Part shown: in pieces, positions 19,851 through 28,717 of the stretch
How positions within the stretch are numbered: the first letter of the stretch is position 1
Layout: each line of letters begins with the position of its first letter
Assembly: GCA_965140415.1 (NCBI GenBank)
Contig: OZ223209.1
Span: forward strand, 672,001-736,000
Length of the DNA stretch: 64,000 nt
Source of the DNA: Myxococcota bacterium
GTDB taxonomy: Bacteria > Myxococcota_A > SURF-8
Reading direction: 5' to 3'
Translations under genes and position numbers: made by a program
Notes under the pieces: model-generated
What the model saw: the letters and a program-made list of their open reading frames with translations, nothing else
What the model was told of the DNA's origin: nothing
Databases searched by the model: none

Positions 19851-19882
19851 AGAGGATGGGATTTCCCATCCTCTTTCTCTTT
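19851..19882 (+). terminator. Rho-independent terminator between convergent fusA and htpX
   Basis: AGAGGATGGGA-TT-TCCCATCCTCT stem followed by a T-rich tract. Confidence 0.65.
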
Positions 19883-19934
19883 GCGCGCTACGAGTTTGTT
19901 GGGGGGTGTACTGGGGTGCAAGTGGTTTTTGAAT

Positions 19935-21020
19935 CTAGCCTGCTCCCATTTCTCGGAGACGCTGGATACGATCCTCCAAAGGCGGATGGGTGTTGAAAAG
20001 GCTGCTTTTGCCGGAACTGGCGGCTTTCAACGGATTGACGATATACATATGCTGGGTAGCGCGATTGGCGGAGAACAACTCTCCCTGCTTTCCTGCGATT
20101 TTGGCAAGTGCGCTGGCCAACCCATTGGGATTGCGGGTAAAAGCCACCGAGCGGGCGTCGGCCATGTATTCGCGCTTTCGCGAAATCGCCATTTGCAGCA
20201 TCATGGAAAACAGCGGAGCCAATATCGCCAAAACGATGGTGGCGATCAAAATGATAATCGCCAGCCGCCCGTCGATTTTACTGGAGCGCGAACGGCGGCT
20301 GAAGATGCCGTAGCGCAGGAAATAGTCGGACAGCAACGCGATCACGCCCACCAGCGCGGTTGCCAGCATCATGAAGCGGATGTCGAAGCTGGCGATATGC
20401 GCCATCTCATGCGCGATAACTCCCTGAAGTTCATCACGATTCAATGTTTCCAACAGTCCCCGCGTAACGGTGACGGCGCTATGCTCCGGGTCGCGCCCGG
20501 TGGCAAAGGCATTCGGAGTCGGATCTTCAACCACAAAAACATGCGGGCGGGGAAGGCCGCTGGCGATGCTCATTTCCTCAACTACATTGAACAATTGCCG
20601 AAATTCGGTTTCGTCTTCGGTGACCTCGCGCGCGCCTGCCATGGCGATAATCAACGCTCCGCCGCGATAGTAGGCCAGCAGCATGTAAATGCTGGAAAGC
20701 ACGGCGGCAATGCCCAGACCGATCAGGCCGCTTTGCACCGTCATGCCGTGACTGAAACCGACACCGAACCCCAGGGCGCATAAAAGCAGCATGAAAACAA
20801 GCATCAGCACGCGACTGCGCCGTCGATTGCGTCGAATCTCCGCTACGAAGTCTGCCCGTTCGGCAGGACCAAGTGTATTGGGAGAGGCTGTTTGCGGGGC
20901 GGAATCGGTCGCCTGCGGCGCAAGCGGTGCAAAAGTCGCCAGGCACAATTCGCAATAGCTCGCGCCTGCGGGGTTAGCGTGGCCGCATTTCGGGCACGGG
21001 ATCTGTTCGGAAGCGTTCAT
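19935..21020 (-). CDS. htpX: HtpX-like M48 zinc metalloprotease with N-terminal zinc ribbon
   Basis: PNAFATGR, HEMAH, ISRKREYMAD and THPPLEDRI motifs; N-terminal CPKC...CELC. Confidence 0.9.
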   Translation of the reverse strand: MNASEQIPCPKCGHANPAGASYCELCLATFAPLAPQATDSAPQTASPNTLGPAERADFVAEIRRNRRRSRVLMLVFMLLLCALGFGVGFSHGMTVQSGLIGLGIAAVLSSIYMLLAYYRGGALIIAMAGAREVTEDETEFRQLFNVVEEMSIASGLPRPHVFVVEDPTPNAFATGRDPEHSAVTVTRGLLETLNRDELQGVIAHEMAHIASFDIRFMMLATALVGVIALLSDYFLRYGIFSRRSRSSKIDGRLAIIILIATIVLAILAPLFSMMLQMAISRKREYMADARSVAFTRNPNGLASALAKIAGKQGELFSANRATQHMYIVNPLKAASSGKSSLFNTHPPLEDRIQRLREMGAG

Positions 21021-21039
21021 GATGATTCAGATCGCGAAA

Positions 21040-21600
21040 TCAGAATTTAACTTGAACGTTCTGGCGCTCTTCCTCGGGCGCTTCGAATAGTTCTTCTTCC
21101 TTGAAGTTGAACATGTTGGCGATGATGTTGGAAGGCACCACCTCGCGCTTGGTGTTGTAGCGATAGACGCTGTCGTTGTAATACTGCCGCGCAAACGCGA
21201 TCTTGTTTTCGGTGGCGGTCAGTTCTTCCTGAATCTGCATCATGTTTTCGTTGGCGCGTAATTGCGGATAATTTTCCGATAGCGCAAACAGGCTTTTCAA
21301 TGCGCCGGAAAGCATGTTTTCCGCTTTGGCCTGCTCGGCAACGCCGTTTGCATTGATGGCCATATTGCGCGCCTGGATCACCGCTTCCAGGGTTTCGCGT
21401 TCGTGCTTCATGTAGCCTTTGGCTGTTTCAACGAGATTCGGAATCAGGTCGTAACGGCGTTTCAGTTGCACGTCGATTTGCGCCCAGGCATTTTTTACAC
21501 CGTTGCGCATGGCGACCAGGCCGTTATAAGCCGTCACCGCCCAGATGATTACGAGCAGAAAGAGTCCCAGGATTACCAGAAGCGCGTATAGCATCGTCAT
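21040..21600 (-). CDS. lemA: LemA family protein
   Basis: AWAQIDVQLKRRYDLIPNLV, ENYPQL and ENKIAFARQYYN motifs. Confidence 0.95.
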   Translation of the reverse strand: MTMLYALLVILGLFLLVIIWAVTAYNGLVAMRNGVKNAWAQIDVQLKRRYDLIPNLVETAKGYMKHERETLEAVIQARNMAINANGVAEQAKAENMLSGALKSLFALSENYPQLRANENMMQIQEELTATENKIAFARQYYNDSVYRYNTKREVVPSNIIANMFNFKEEELFEAPEEERQNVQVKF

Positions 21601-21632
21601 TCCCCTTTATAAATCCGTGTAAAAAGATGGTG

Positions 21633-22334
21633 TCAGCGCCAGTCGCTCGGTGTCGTCTGTAACAACGACAAGACCTGCTCGGTGTCGGATAGGTTTTCGA
21701 GCACCGTGCAGGGACCGGCGGCTTTCAATTCCGCTTCAGTCGTCATTCCGGTCGTGACCGCCAGGCAGCGCAGGCCGTTGTCATCGGCGCAACGCACATC
21801 GCCGACACTGTCGCCGAGGATGATGGCGTCCCGATCTCCGAATGATACACCATAATACCTCGTGGCGCGCCGAATGGCAATGGGAATCAAATCCGCGCGG
21901 ATGGCGCTGTCGGAGGCGAAACCGCCTACAGGGAAATAGCGATTGAGATCAAAGGGGGTGAGTTTCAGCCGTGCGCCGCGTTCGTCGTTGCCGGTTACGA
22001 GCGCCAGATACAAGTCCTCGGTGGCCTCGATGCGTTGCAGCAGTTCGCGCACACCAGGCAGTAAAATCCAGTCCTGCGCCTGTTGCTGTTCCTGATCGAG
22101 ATAAGAGACGTACAACTTCATGAACGGTTCGTAGTCTTCTGGTTTATAGGGAAGTTGATTTTCCGCGAAGAGTTGCGGAACGATAATCGGATCGGTTTTT
22201 CCATCGGGTCGCACGGAAACCACCGGACCATTGTAGCCAGTGTAATCGGACAGGGCGCGCGTCATGGCGCGCAGACCGGCACCACCGGTCTTGACCATCG
22301 TCAGATCGATATCGAACAACAGCAGCGTAGCCAT
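21633..22334 (-). CDS. HAD superfamily hydrolase (phosphoglycolate phosphatase-like)
   Basis: LLFDIDLT motif I, LVTGN, ILGDSVGD motif IV. Confidence 0.88.
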   Translation of the reverse strand: MATLLLFDIDLTMVKTGGAGLRAMTRALSDYTGYNGPVVSVRPDGKTDPIIVPQLFAENQLPYKPEDYEPFMKLYVSYLDQEQQQAQDWILLPGVRELLQRIEATEDLYLALVTGNDERGARLKLTPFDLNRYFPVGGFASDSAIRADLIPIAIRRATRYYGVSFGDRDAIILGDSVGDVRCADDNGLRCLAVTTGMTTEAELKAAGPCTVLENLSDTEQVLSLLQTTPSDWR

Positions 22335-22511
22335 CAATGCTCCTTTTACATCGTTGCGATCAAGTAGCTTAAAACGGGAATCACCTTATCACAACCGAGT
22401 GTCGAACAGAACCAATTACAATCCGATTCAACCTCTTTCTAATGTATGTCACGTTCATCGAGCAGGAATGGCTCTCTGTCTTGACGCCATCCTGACCACA
22501 GGGATTACTCC

Positions 22512-22540
22512 TTGACGCATACGGCAGATAGCCGTATAAT
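22512..22540 (+). promoter_or_regulatory. Sigma70 promoter of the TA operon with embedded inverted-repeat operator
   Basis: TTGACG, 17-bp spacer, TATAAT; ATACGGC-AGATA-GCCGTAT palindrome at 22519-22537. Confidence 0.8.
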
Positions 22541-22567
22541 CCAGGTAATGAAAGAAGGAGGTGTCCC

Positions 22568-22849
22568 ATGGGAACCCCGACACTTGAAATGAAACGCCTT
22601 GAAGCCCGGATTCCGGCCAAAATAAAAGACCTGCTCGAACAGGCCGCCCTCTTGGAGGGAAGAAGTCAGACGGATATTATTATCGAAGCCCTGCGGACCC
22701 AAGCGTATAAAATCATACGGGAACATGAAGCCATTCATTTAAGCAGAGAAGATCAGATTCGTTTTGCCGAGTCGCTGCTCAATCCTCCCGAACCCACCGC
22801 CAAACAGAAACGTACGGCCAAATGGTTTAAAGAGGAATTCGGCAAGTGA
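22568..22849 (+). CDS. DUF1778 ribbon-helix-helix antitoxin (TacA/AtaR-like)
   Basis: RLEARI...LEQAALLEGRSQTD...LSREDQIRFAESLLNPPEP; overlaps the GNAT gene. Confidence 0.88.
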   Translation: MGTPTLEMKRLEARIPAKIKDLLEQAALLEGRSQTDIIIEALRTQAYKIIREHEAIHLSREDQIRFAESLLNPPEPTAKQKRTAKWFKEEFGK

Positions 22850-23364
22850 GCCGGAAAAAACTGGGAGAATTATATCGTTTCGAACCCCTCGACAAGTCTC
22901 ATGATCGTAACGTTTTCGATTGCGGGAACGAACGGCTGAACACCTATTTCCGACAACAGGCATTGCAAGATCAAAAAAGGAAAGTTTCTACTGTTTTCGT
23001 GGCGGTAGAAAAGAAAACGAGGGCCGTTCACGGTTTTTACACTCTTTCGGCGGCTCATGTAAAACTCAACGACTTTCCCGCATCAACGGCGAAGAAGCTG
23101 AGCAAATACAAGGATCAACCCGCTATCCGGCTGGGTCGTTTAGCCGTTCATAAGGACGTTCAGGGAAAAAAACTGGGAACCTTTCTGCTTTACGAAGCCA
23201 TGTTGAAAATTATCGCACAGCAAATCGGCTGGGTGGCTTTCATCGTGGATGCCAAGGGTGACAACGCCCGCAATTTTTATCTTGGTCATGATTTTCTGTC
23301 TTTTAAAGACGATCCTCTCCATTTGTACCTGATGAGGTACACCATCGAAAAGTTGCTGCGATAG
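22846..23364 (+). CDS. GNAT acetyltransferase toxin (TacT/AtaT-like)
   Basis: HDRNVFDCG..LN.Y, GFYTLS, PAIRLGRLAV...QGKKLG and VDAK...FY motifs. Confidence 0.9.
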   Translation: MSRKKLGELYRFEPLDKSHDRNVFDCGNERLNTYFRQQALQDQKRKVSTVFVAVEKKTRAVHGFYTLSAAHVKLNDFPASTAKKLSKYKDQPAIRLGRLAVHKDVQGKKLGTFLLYEAMLKIIAQQIGWVAFIVDAKGDNARNFYLGHDFLSFKDDPLHLYLMRYTIEKLLR

Positions 23365-23404
23365 GGTCTGCGCTTCAATGAAAAGAAGCGGAGAATAGCT
23401 GAGC

Positions 23405-25129
23405 CTACATATCGATGACGATCGGAATCACCACCGGTTTGCGGTCGAGCTTTTTATTGAAGAAGCGGCGCACGGTCAGCCGGATTTCCTCTTTGACTTC
23501 CTCCAGGTCTGTGCGCGAGATAGACGGCATCGCGTTCAGCGCGGCAAGCACCGCCCGGCTGGCTTCACCAAACAGCGGCTTGGCTTCGTCCTCGAACAAA
23601 AAGCCACGGGAAAAGAGTTCCGGTCCCAACAGCAGTTCTCCGGTCGTGCGGTTGAAAATGACCAGGGCGGAAATGATGCCGGTTTCGCTGATCTTGCGGC
23701 GTTCACGCAACTGGTCCGGCCCGACGTTGCCCACGCCTTTGCCATCGACGTACACTCGCCCCGTCTCGATGCGATCCACCAGCGTGCCCACGCTATCTTT
23801 AAACTGCACCACATCACCGTCGTTGATGATCATGATGTTTTTCTCGGATACGCCGCAATCCACAGCCAGTTTTCCGTGGGTGACCAGGTGCCGGTGTTCG
23901 CCATGCACCGGAATGAAGTAGCGTGGCTTGATAAGATTGAGCATCGTAGCCAGTTCACCGCGATGACCGTGACCGGAAGTATGCACGATGTGTGTGCGCT
24001 CGGTAAAGACTTCCGCGCCGCAACGCGACAGGTGATTCAGGATGTTGGAGACGGAACGCTCGTGTCCGGGAATGATGCGCGAGGATAAAATCACGATATC
24101 CCCTGGATCGACCTTCAATGCCTTGTGGTTGTTCAAGGCGATGCGGGTCAGCACCGAGCGAGGTTCTCCCTGGCTTCCTGTTGCCAGAATGCAAACCTGC
24201 TCCGGTGGCATTTTTGCGACCTGGTCTTCATCGATCAACTGGGCGCTGTCTAATTTGAGCAGTCCCAGGTTGCGCGCAATACTGGTGGTGCTTTCCAGGC
24301 TGCGCCCGGCAATGTGAATTTTGCGTCCATAGCGGCGGGCCAGATCGCAAATATGCTGAATGCGGGGAATCGAACTGGCAAATAGCGACACGAAAATCTT
24401 TTTATTGGCGCGATGGAAAATCGTGTCGATTTCTGCGGCGACTTCGCGTTCTGGACGAGTGAAGCCGGGCCGCTCCACGTTGGTGCTGTCACTCAACAGG
24501 GCCAGCACACCACGCCGTCCAAGCTCGGAAAACCCGGAGAAATCAAAGACATCAGAATTGGTGGAGGTGGTATCGATGCGGAAATCTCCGGTATGAACCA
24601 CCAGCCCCTCCGGGGTATCCAGCGCCAGGGAAATGGCGTCGCAGATCGAATGATTCACGGATAAAAACGAGGCGCGGAAATGCTCGAACTCGATATGCTC
24701 TCCCGCCTTGATTTCATTCAGGTAGGTGTAGCCAATACGGTCGTGTTCTAACAGTTTTTCCTTGATCAACTCCAGCGTAAAACGGGTGCCATAGACTGGT
24801 ACGTTGAATTCCTGTAGGAAAAAGGGAACCGCACCGATATGATCTTCATGACCGTGGGTTAGAATCAACGCCTTGATTTTACCGCTGTTTTCCCTTAGAT
24901 AGTTGAAATTGGAGATGACCAGGTCGATCCCTAAAAGGGAAGAATCGGGGAATAGACCGCCGCAGTCCACGACGATGATTTCGTCGTGGTAGTGGTAGGC
25001 CATCATATTCATGCCGATTTCGCCTACGCCACCCAGTGGAACGATATGCAGTGCCTTTTGCTGGTATAAATGAGTTTTGTATTCCTCAGGCAGCTCGACT
25101 TTTTCTGTATTCTGTTCGTTTTGCATCAC
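23405..25129 (-). CDS. rnj: Ribonuclease J
   Basis: PLGGVGEIGMN, THGHEDHIG, HTGDFRID, DSTN, TGSQGEP, HTSGH and PVHGE motifs. Confidence 0.95.
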   Translation of the reverse strand: MMQNEQNTEKVELPEEYKTHLYQQKALHIVPLGGVGEIGMNMMAYHYHDEIIVVDCGGLFPDSSLLGIDLVISNFNYLRENSGKIKALILTHGHEDHIGAVPFFLQEFNVPVYGTRFTLELIKEKLLEHDRIGYTYLNEIKAGEHIEFEHFRASFLSVNHSICDAISLALDTPEGLVVHTGDFRIDTTSTNSDVFDFSGFSELGRRGVLALLSDSTNVERPGFTRPEREVAAEIDTIFHRANKKIFVSLFASSIPRIQHICDLARRYGRKIHIAGRSLESTTSIARNLGLLKLDSAQLIDEDQVAKMPPEQVCILATGSQGEPRSVLTRIALNNHKALKVDPGDIVILSSRIIPGHERSVSNILNHLSRCGAEVFTERTHIVHTSGHGHRGELATMLNLIKPRYFIPVHGEHRHLVTHGKLAVDCGVSEKNIMIINDGDVVQFKDSVGTLVDRIETGRVYVDGKGVGNVGPDQLRERRKISETGIISALVIFNRTTGELLLGPELFSRGFLFEDEAKPLFGEASRAVLAALNAMPSISRTDLEEVKEEIRLTVRRFFNKKLDRKPVVIPIVIDM

Positions 25130-25197
25130 AACTCTTCAATCACCTTGAACTCGATAAACAACATTAACAACAACAACTCCATCAGGTAACAGAGACT

Positions 25198-26028
25198 TCA
25201 TCTTCTAGAAGGCAGCAAGGGGCGCATGGTGCGTCGTTTTTGCTTGCGCGGATTCAGTTCGTCCGAACGCTTTTGAGCCCGGCTGGCTTCGCGATTGCGT
25301 CCGCGTCGCTGGTAAAACTGCGCCAATCTCAAATAGGCAAGCGAGGTATTGCCCTGTAGCCGAATCAGCTGTTTCAGCGTCTCTTCGGCTTTTTGATATT
25401 GTTTTGTATCCTCATATAGTTTTGCCACAATAGACAACACGGAGACATTGTCCGGTTGTCGTTGCAGCAACCAGTCGTATTCGCTGATCGCCTGGGCGGA
25501 ACGTTCCTGTTCTCGGTACAGGTTGGCCAGGCGAAGATGCGCGTCTTCGAAATCGGGATTGCGCCGGATGGCCTCTTGAAAACGCCGCTCGGCCACGTCA
25601 ACCTGACCCAGATGATACTGGGTAATGCCCAATAGATAATATGTCCTGGGATTTTCGTGGTTTATCTCCAGGGCTCGCTGCAATGCATGTAGCGCCGCCT
25701 GCTGGTCGTTGTCGTACAGGGGGTGTGTCAGTGCCAATTGAAGATAGGGCAGATCCCATTCGGGAACCATCCAACTGGCTCGCTGCCAATGATGAAACGC
25801 CTCGCGCATGTCTCCCTGCTTGAAGCTGCGATGACCTGCCTCGAAGTGAGCGATCCCGCTGACTCTGCGATCGTAAGCCTGCTGTGCCCGTAAGACCTCG
25901 ATTTCGAACAACTCTTTCTCGTTCAGAAACGAAGGTGGCTCTAAGGTCCGACATCCGCCGCAAAGGGAGCAAAGCAACAACGGAATAAACAGGAAATGTA
26001 CAATTCTGGTAAAATACAACGTGTTCAC
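25198..26028 (-). CDS. TPR-repeat lipoprotein
   Basis: Lipobox-like LCGGC; several TPR units (YYLLGITQY...NPDFEDAHLRLA); basic C-terminus. Confidence 0.75.
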   Translation of the reverse strand: MNTLYFTRIVHFLFIPLLLCSLCGGCRTLEPPSFLNEKELFEIEVLRAQQAYDRRVSGIAHFEAGHRSFKQGDMREAFHHWQRASWMVPEWDLPYLQLALTHPLYDNDQQAALHALQRALEINHENPRTYYLLGITQYHLGQVDVAERRFQEAIRRNPDFEDAHLRLANLYREQERSAQAISEYDWLLQRQPDNVSVLSIVAKLYEDTKQYQKAEETLKQLIRLQGNTSLAYLRLAQFYQRRGRNREASRAQKRSDELNPRKQKRRTMRPLLPSRR

Positions 26029-26170
26029 GAAACCACTATTAGCCTTAGTTTGTATTCCAAGCTGTTTGAGCAGCCTTACATAAATCAGTTTACTATATCG
26101 AACTTCCGATATGATCTCAATGAAAAATAACGAAGCTTTGAGTTGGTTTTTACCGGATTTTGTGGCGAAT

Positions 26171-26677
26171 TACCGCTGCGTGGTCGCCAAGATAGAAAAG
26201 CACGAGGGCGAGCTTTTTACAAGGGTCGGTTTTGTCGTAAACAACATGAGCGCCGGAATGAGGGGGTGGTCCATTTCTACAATGGATTCGGTACAGCCGA
26301 GTTGTGGATCAAGGAGGGCAAGTACGCCCTGAACTAGACGCGGCTTTCCTGCAAGCGGTTTGTTTCCAACCAGGATGGATTGACCCTGTTCGTGTTGGCT
26401 TACAACCCGGGGAATTTCCTACGGCGTCTGGTGCTACCTTGCGCGGATCAGGCGATTGCGATGCTGTGCTGCGTAGCTTCTATGCGAATCCAGTACCGTC
26501 GGGGGATTGGTTTGAAAACGACACTTTGGTTTGTGAAAACGGTTGATTTCCAAGCTATACAGGAGTACGATACCCCGCCGCAATGGAGGTTAGAACAAGA
26601 TCAGGAGGTCGAAGGAAGATTTTGCCGGACACGATGTCCGGAAAATCCACTTCGGAAGTTGATATGGGGAATACCGG
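26171..26677 (+). pseudogene. IS1380-family transposase remnant with probable right end
   Basis: VVAKIEKHEGELFTRVGFVVNN, a frameshift, then VVHFYNGFGTAELWIKEGKYALN*TRLSCKRF..N...LFVLAYN.GNFLRRL with in-frame TAG at 26335; end ATATGGGGAATACCGG resembles IS1380 termini. Confidence 0.8.
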
Positions 26678-28237
26678 ATGAATCTGCCTGATATCAAAAA
26701 ATTTGATAAGGCGACGAGACCCGGGGCATCCTCGTGCATTTTAGGGCTATTCAGTTTATTATTGCTTGTTGTACTGATTGTTCTCGCTTTGAGTTATCGG
26801 ATTTATGCCGATGACACATGGTGGCATATGGCCACTGGCCGGTATATCTTGGAAACGGGCAGTGTTCCAAGCGCCGATTTGTTTAGCTTCACCTTTTTTG
26901 GAAAGCCCTGGGTCAACTGGGAATGGTTGCCGGGCGTCTGCTTTTACCTGGCATATGACTTCTTTGGACCGGTTGGTCTTCAGATCTTGCGCTTTATACT
27001 GGTGGGCCTGTTGGTTGCTCTAGCCTGGAAGAGGAGTTCGAATTTCCCGGGCGCTGGAGGCACTTTCAGTATAGTATTGCGTTTTACGTTGGTTGCGATG
27101 TTGATTGTTGTTCTTACCAGCCGAGGTCTCGACCGGCCACACCTGTTCGGATATATTTATTTTGCGGGATCTTTTCTGTTGGCCGAGAGGCTGAGAGACA
27201 AGGTAACCTGTTTTGGAGGCATTGCCTGGTTTTTACTACTACTTGTTTGGACTCAATCGCATCCTTCCTGGATTCTTGGCATATCCTTTTCCGCGGCCTT
27301 GATTGCGGATCCGATGTTGGATGAATGGAAAACGTCGGGGTTTTACCACACAGTAAAGCGATATCGGTACCAGCTTTTTATTCTGATTCTGATGCTGATA
27401 TTGACTCTTGGACTTCGCTTCTTCAGCTCCTATTCGGAGGCGGTCACCGATCTTTTCGCTTCCAAGAATCTTGTCGAATGGCAATCCGTTTTCACGCTGA
27501 TCTCCGATTCGAGACTTGGGATGAGCTTGCCGCTGGCCGTGTTCCTGATCGTGTGGGGTTTACTGTTTAGTGCGTTGATCGTATCGCCGCGCAGTTTCCT
27601 CAAGCCTTCCAGTATTTTATTGGCCGCGCTTGCCATCCTCAGTGTTTTATATGCCCGGTTCGCACCATACCTGGTGCTTGCGGCCATCGGACCGATCGTA
27701 TCCGTGTTTTGTCCCCGACTCGCGAAAAAATTGATGCCGGTGCGCACTGCGGTATTGGTTCTGGTTGTAATTGGCGTATTGGCTGCCGGAATCGTAGGGA
27801 ATATCAACCTGGTTCAAAACAAAAAGTTCGGTTTCGGTTTGGATCGAATCAACTTGTCTGCCGATGCCGCCGATTTCATGCAGGAAGAGAATGTTAGTGG
27901 GAATCTTGTTACCAATTGGTTGCCGCTGCATGCCTTTTTCTCGTATCGATTATATCCCGACATTAAGGTTTTCGTGGATGGTCGAACACCTCAACTGTTT
28001 CCTTTGTCCTTCGTTGCATCCTGGGAGCGCGGAATGCGACCGGAGGGAATTGATGACCTGCTTCGAGTCCATCCGATCGACCTGGTATTGATCAATCGCA
28101 CCCTCAGTGTAGATGCGATCAAACTTTTCGAAGCGATGAAAACTCGTAGTGATTTTGAAATCATTTATGCAGATTCGATTAGCGTGATTTTTAAAAGGAA
28201 CAGTTTGCCTCCGAAATCCAACCGAACGGATTTTTAA
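26678..28237 (+). CDS. Polytopic membrane protein, putative GT-C-type glycosyltransferase (DxWWH family)
   Basis: DDTWWHMATGRYI...DLFSFT...W.N.EWL, RPHLF and VFVDGR motifs; many TM segments; more AT-rich than flanks. Confidence 0.6.
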   Translation: MNLPDIKKFDKATRPGASSCILGLFSLLLLVVLIVLALSYRIYADDTWWHMATGRYILETGSVPSADLFSFTFFGKPWVNWEWLPGVCFYLAYDFFGPVGLQILRFILVGLLVALAWKRSSNFPGAGGTFSIVLRFTLVAMLIVVLTSRGLDRPHLFGYIYFAGSFLLAERLRDKVTCFGGIAWFLLLLVWTQSHPSWILGISFSAALIADPMLDEWKTSGFYHTVKRYRYQLFILILMLILTLGLRFFSSYSEAVTDLFASKNLVEWQSVFTLISDSRLGMSLPLAVFLIVWGLLFSALIVSPRSFLKPSSILLAALAILSVLYARFAPYLVLAAIGPIVSVFCPRLAKKLMPVRTAVLVLVVIGVLAAGIVGNINLVQNKKFGFGLDRINLSADAADFMQEENVSGNLVTNWLPLHAFFSYRLYPDIKVFVDGRTPQLFPLSFVASWERGMRPEGIDDLLRVHPIDLVLINRTLSVDAIKLFEAMKTRSDFEIIYADSISVIFKRNSLPPKSNRTDF

Positions 28238-28428
28238 GATCGCTTCCTGTATCTCATTGATAGAAATTGGTCGTTTCAATTCTATCTATCTGTCAACTTC
28301 TCCATCGTCGAATATTACTCGATATACGGGTGAATCGATGGCAGTGGTACCTACTGGTTCTGCCGTGTCATCTGCTATAACGACCGCTTAGAGTCCGTAT
28401 TACTTGAAATGCGCTACTGTTGCCACTC

Positions 28429-28497
28429 CTCATTCTGAGGTTAAGCAGAAGAATCTTTAATAAATTCAGGCAGATCCTTCGTTTTACTCCGGGTGGC
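28429..28497. repeat. Degenerate REP-doublet-like palindrome
   Basis: TCATTCTGAGGTTAAGCAGAAGAATCT ... AGATCCTTCGTTTTACTCCGGGTGGC resembles the GTCATTCTGAG..GAAGAATCT/AGATCCTTCG..CTCAGGATGAC repeat type. Confidence 0.45.
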
Positions 28498-28717
28498 TCC
28501 ATGCTATCCAAAACCTGAAATAAATAATATTGGCTATGAGCTTTATGAAAAGAGCATTTAACATCTGGATAACTATTCGTTGATTTGTGCTTTCTCCAAT
28601 TATGATAAAATCCGTTATTAATGGTTTTTTAGCGAATCAGTCATTGCCAATACTGTCGTTCTGTATATATTGTATGCGTGTCAGGTGTGTGATCTACCGT
28701 ATGAAATGGAGTAGCAG

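Noticed and set aside
26111-26691. Small ORFs 26111-26332, 26143-26337 and 26380-26691 as genes
   Set aside because: They are frameshifted and stop-interrupted pieces of one IS1380 transposase remnant
28630-28680. Pho box upstream of the porin gene
   Set aside because: GTCAT/CTGTC-like words are present but not in the 11-bp periodic arrangement
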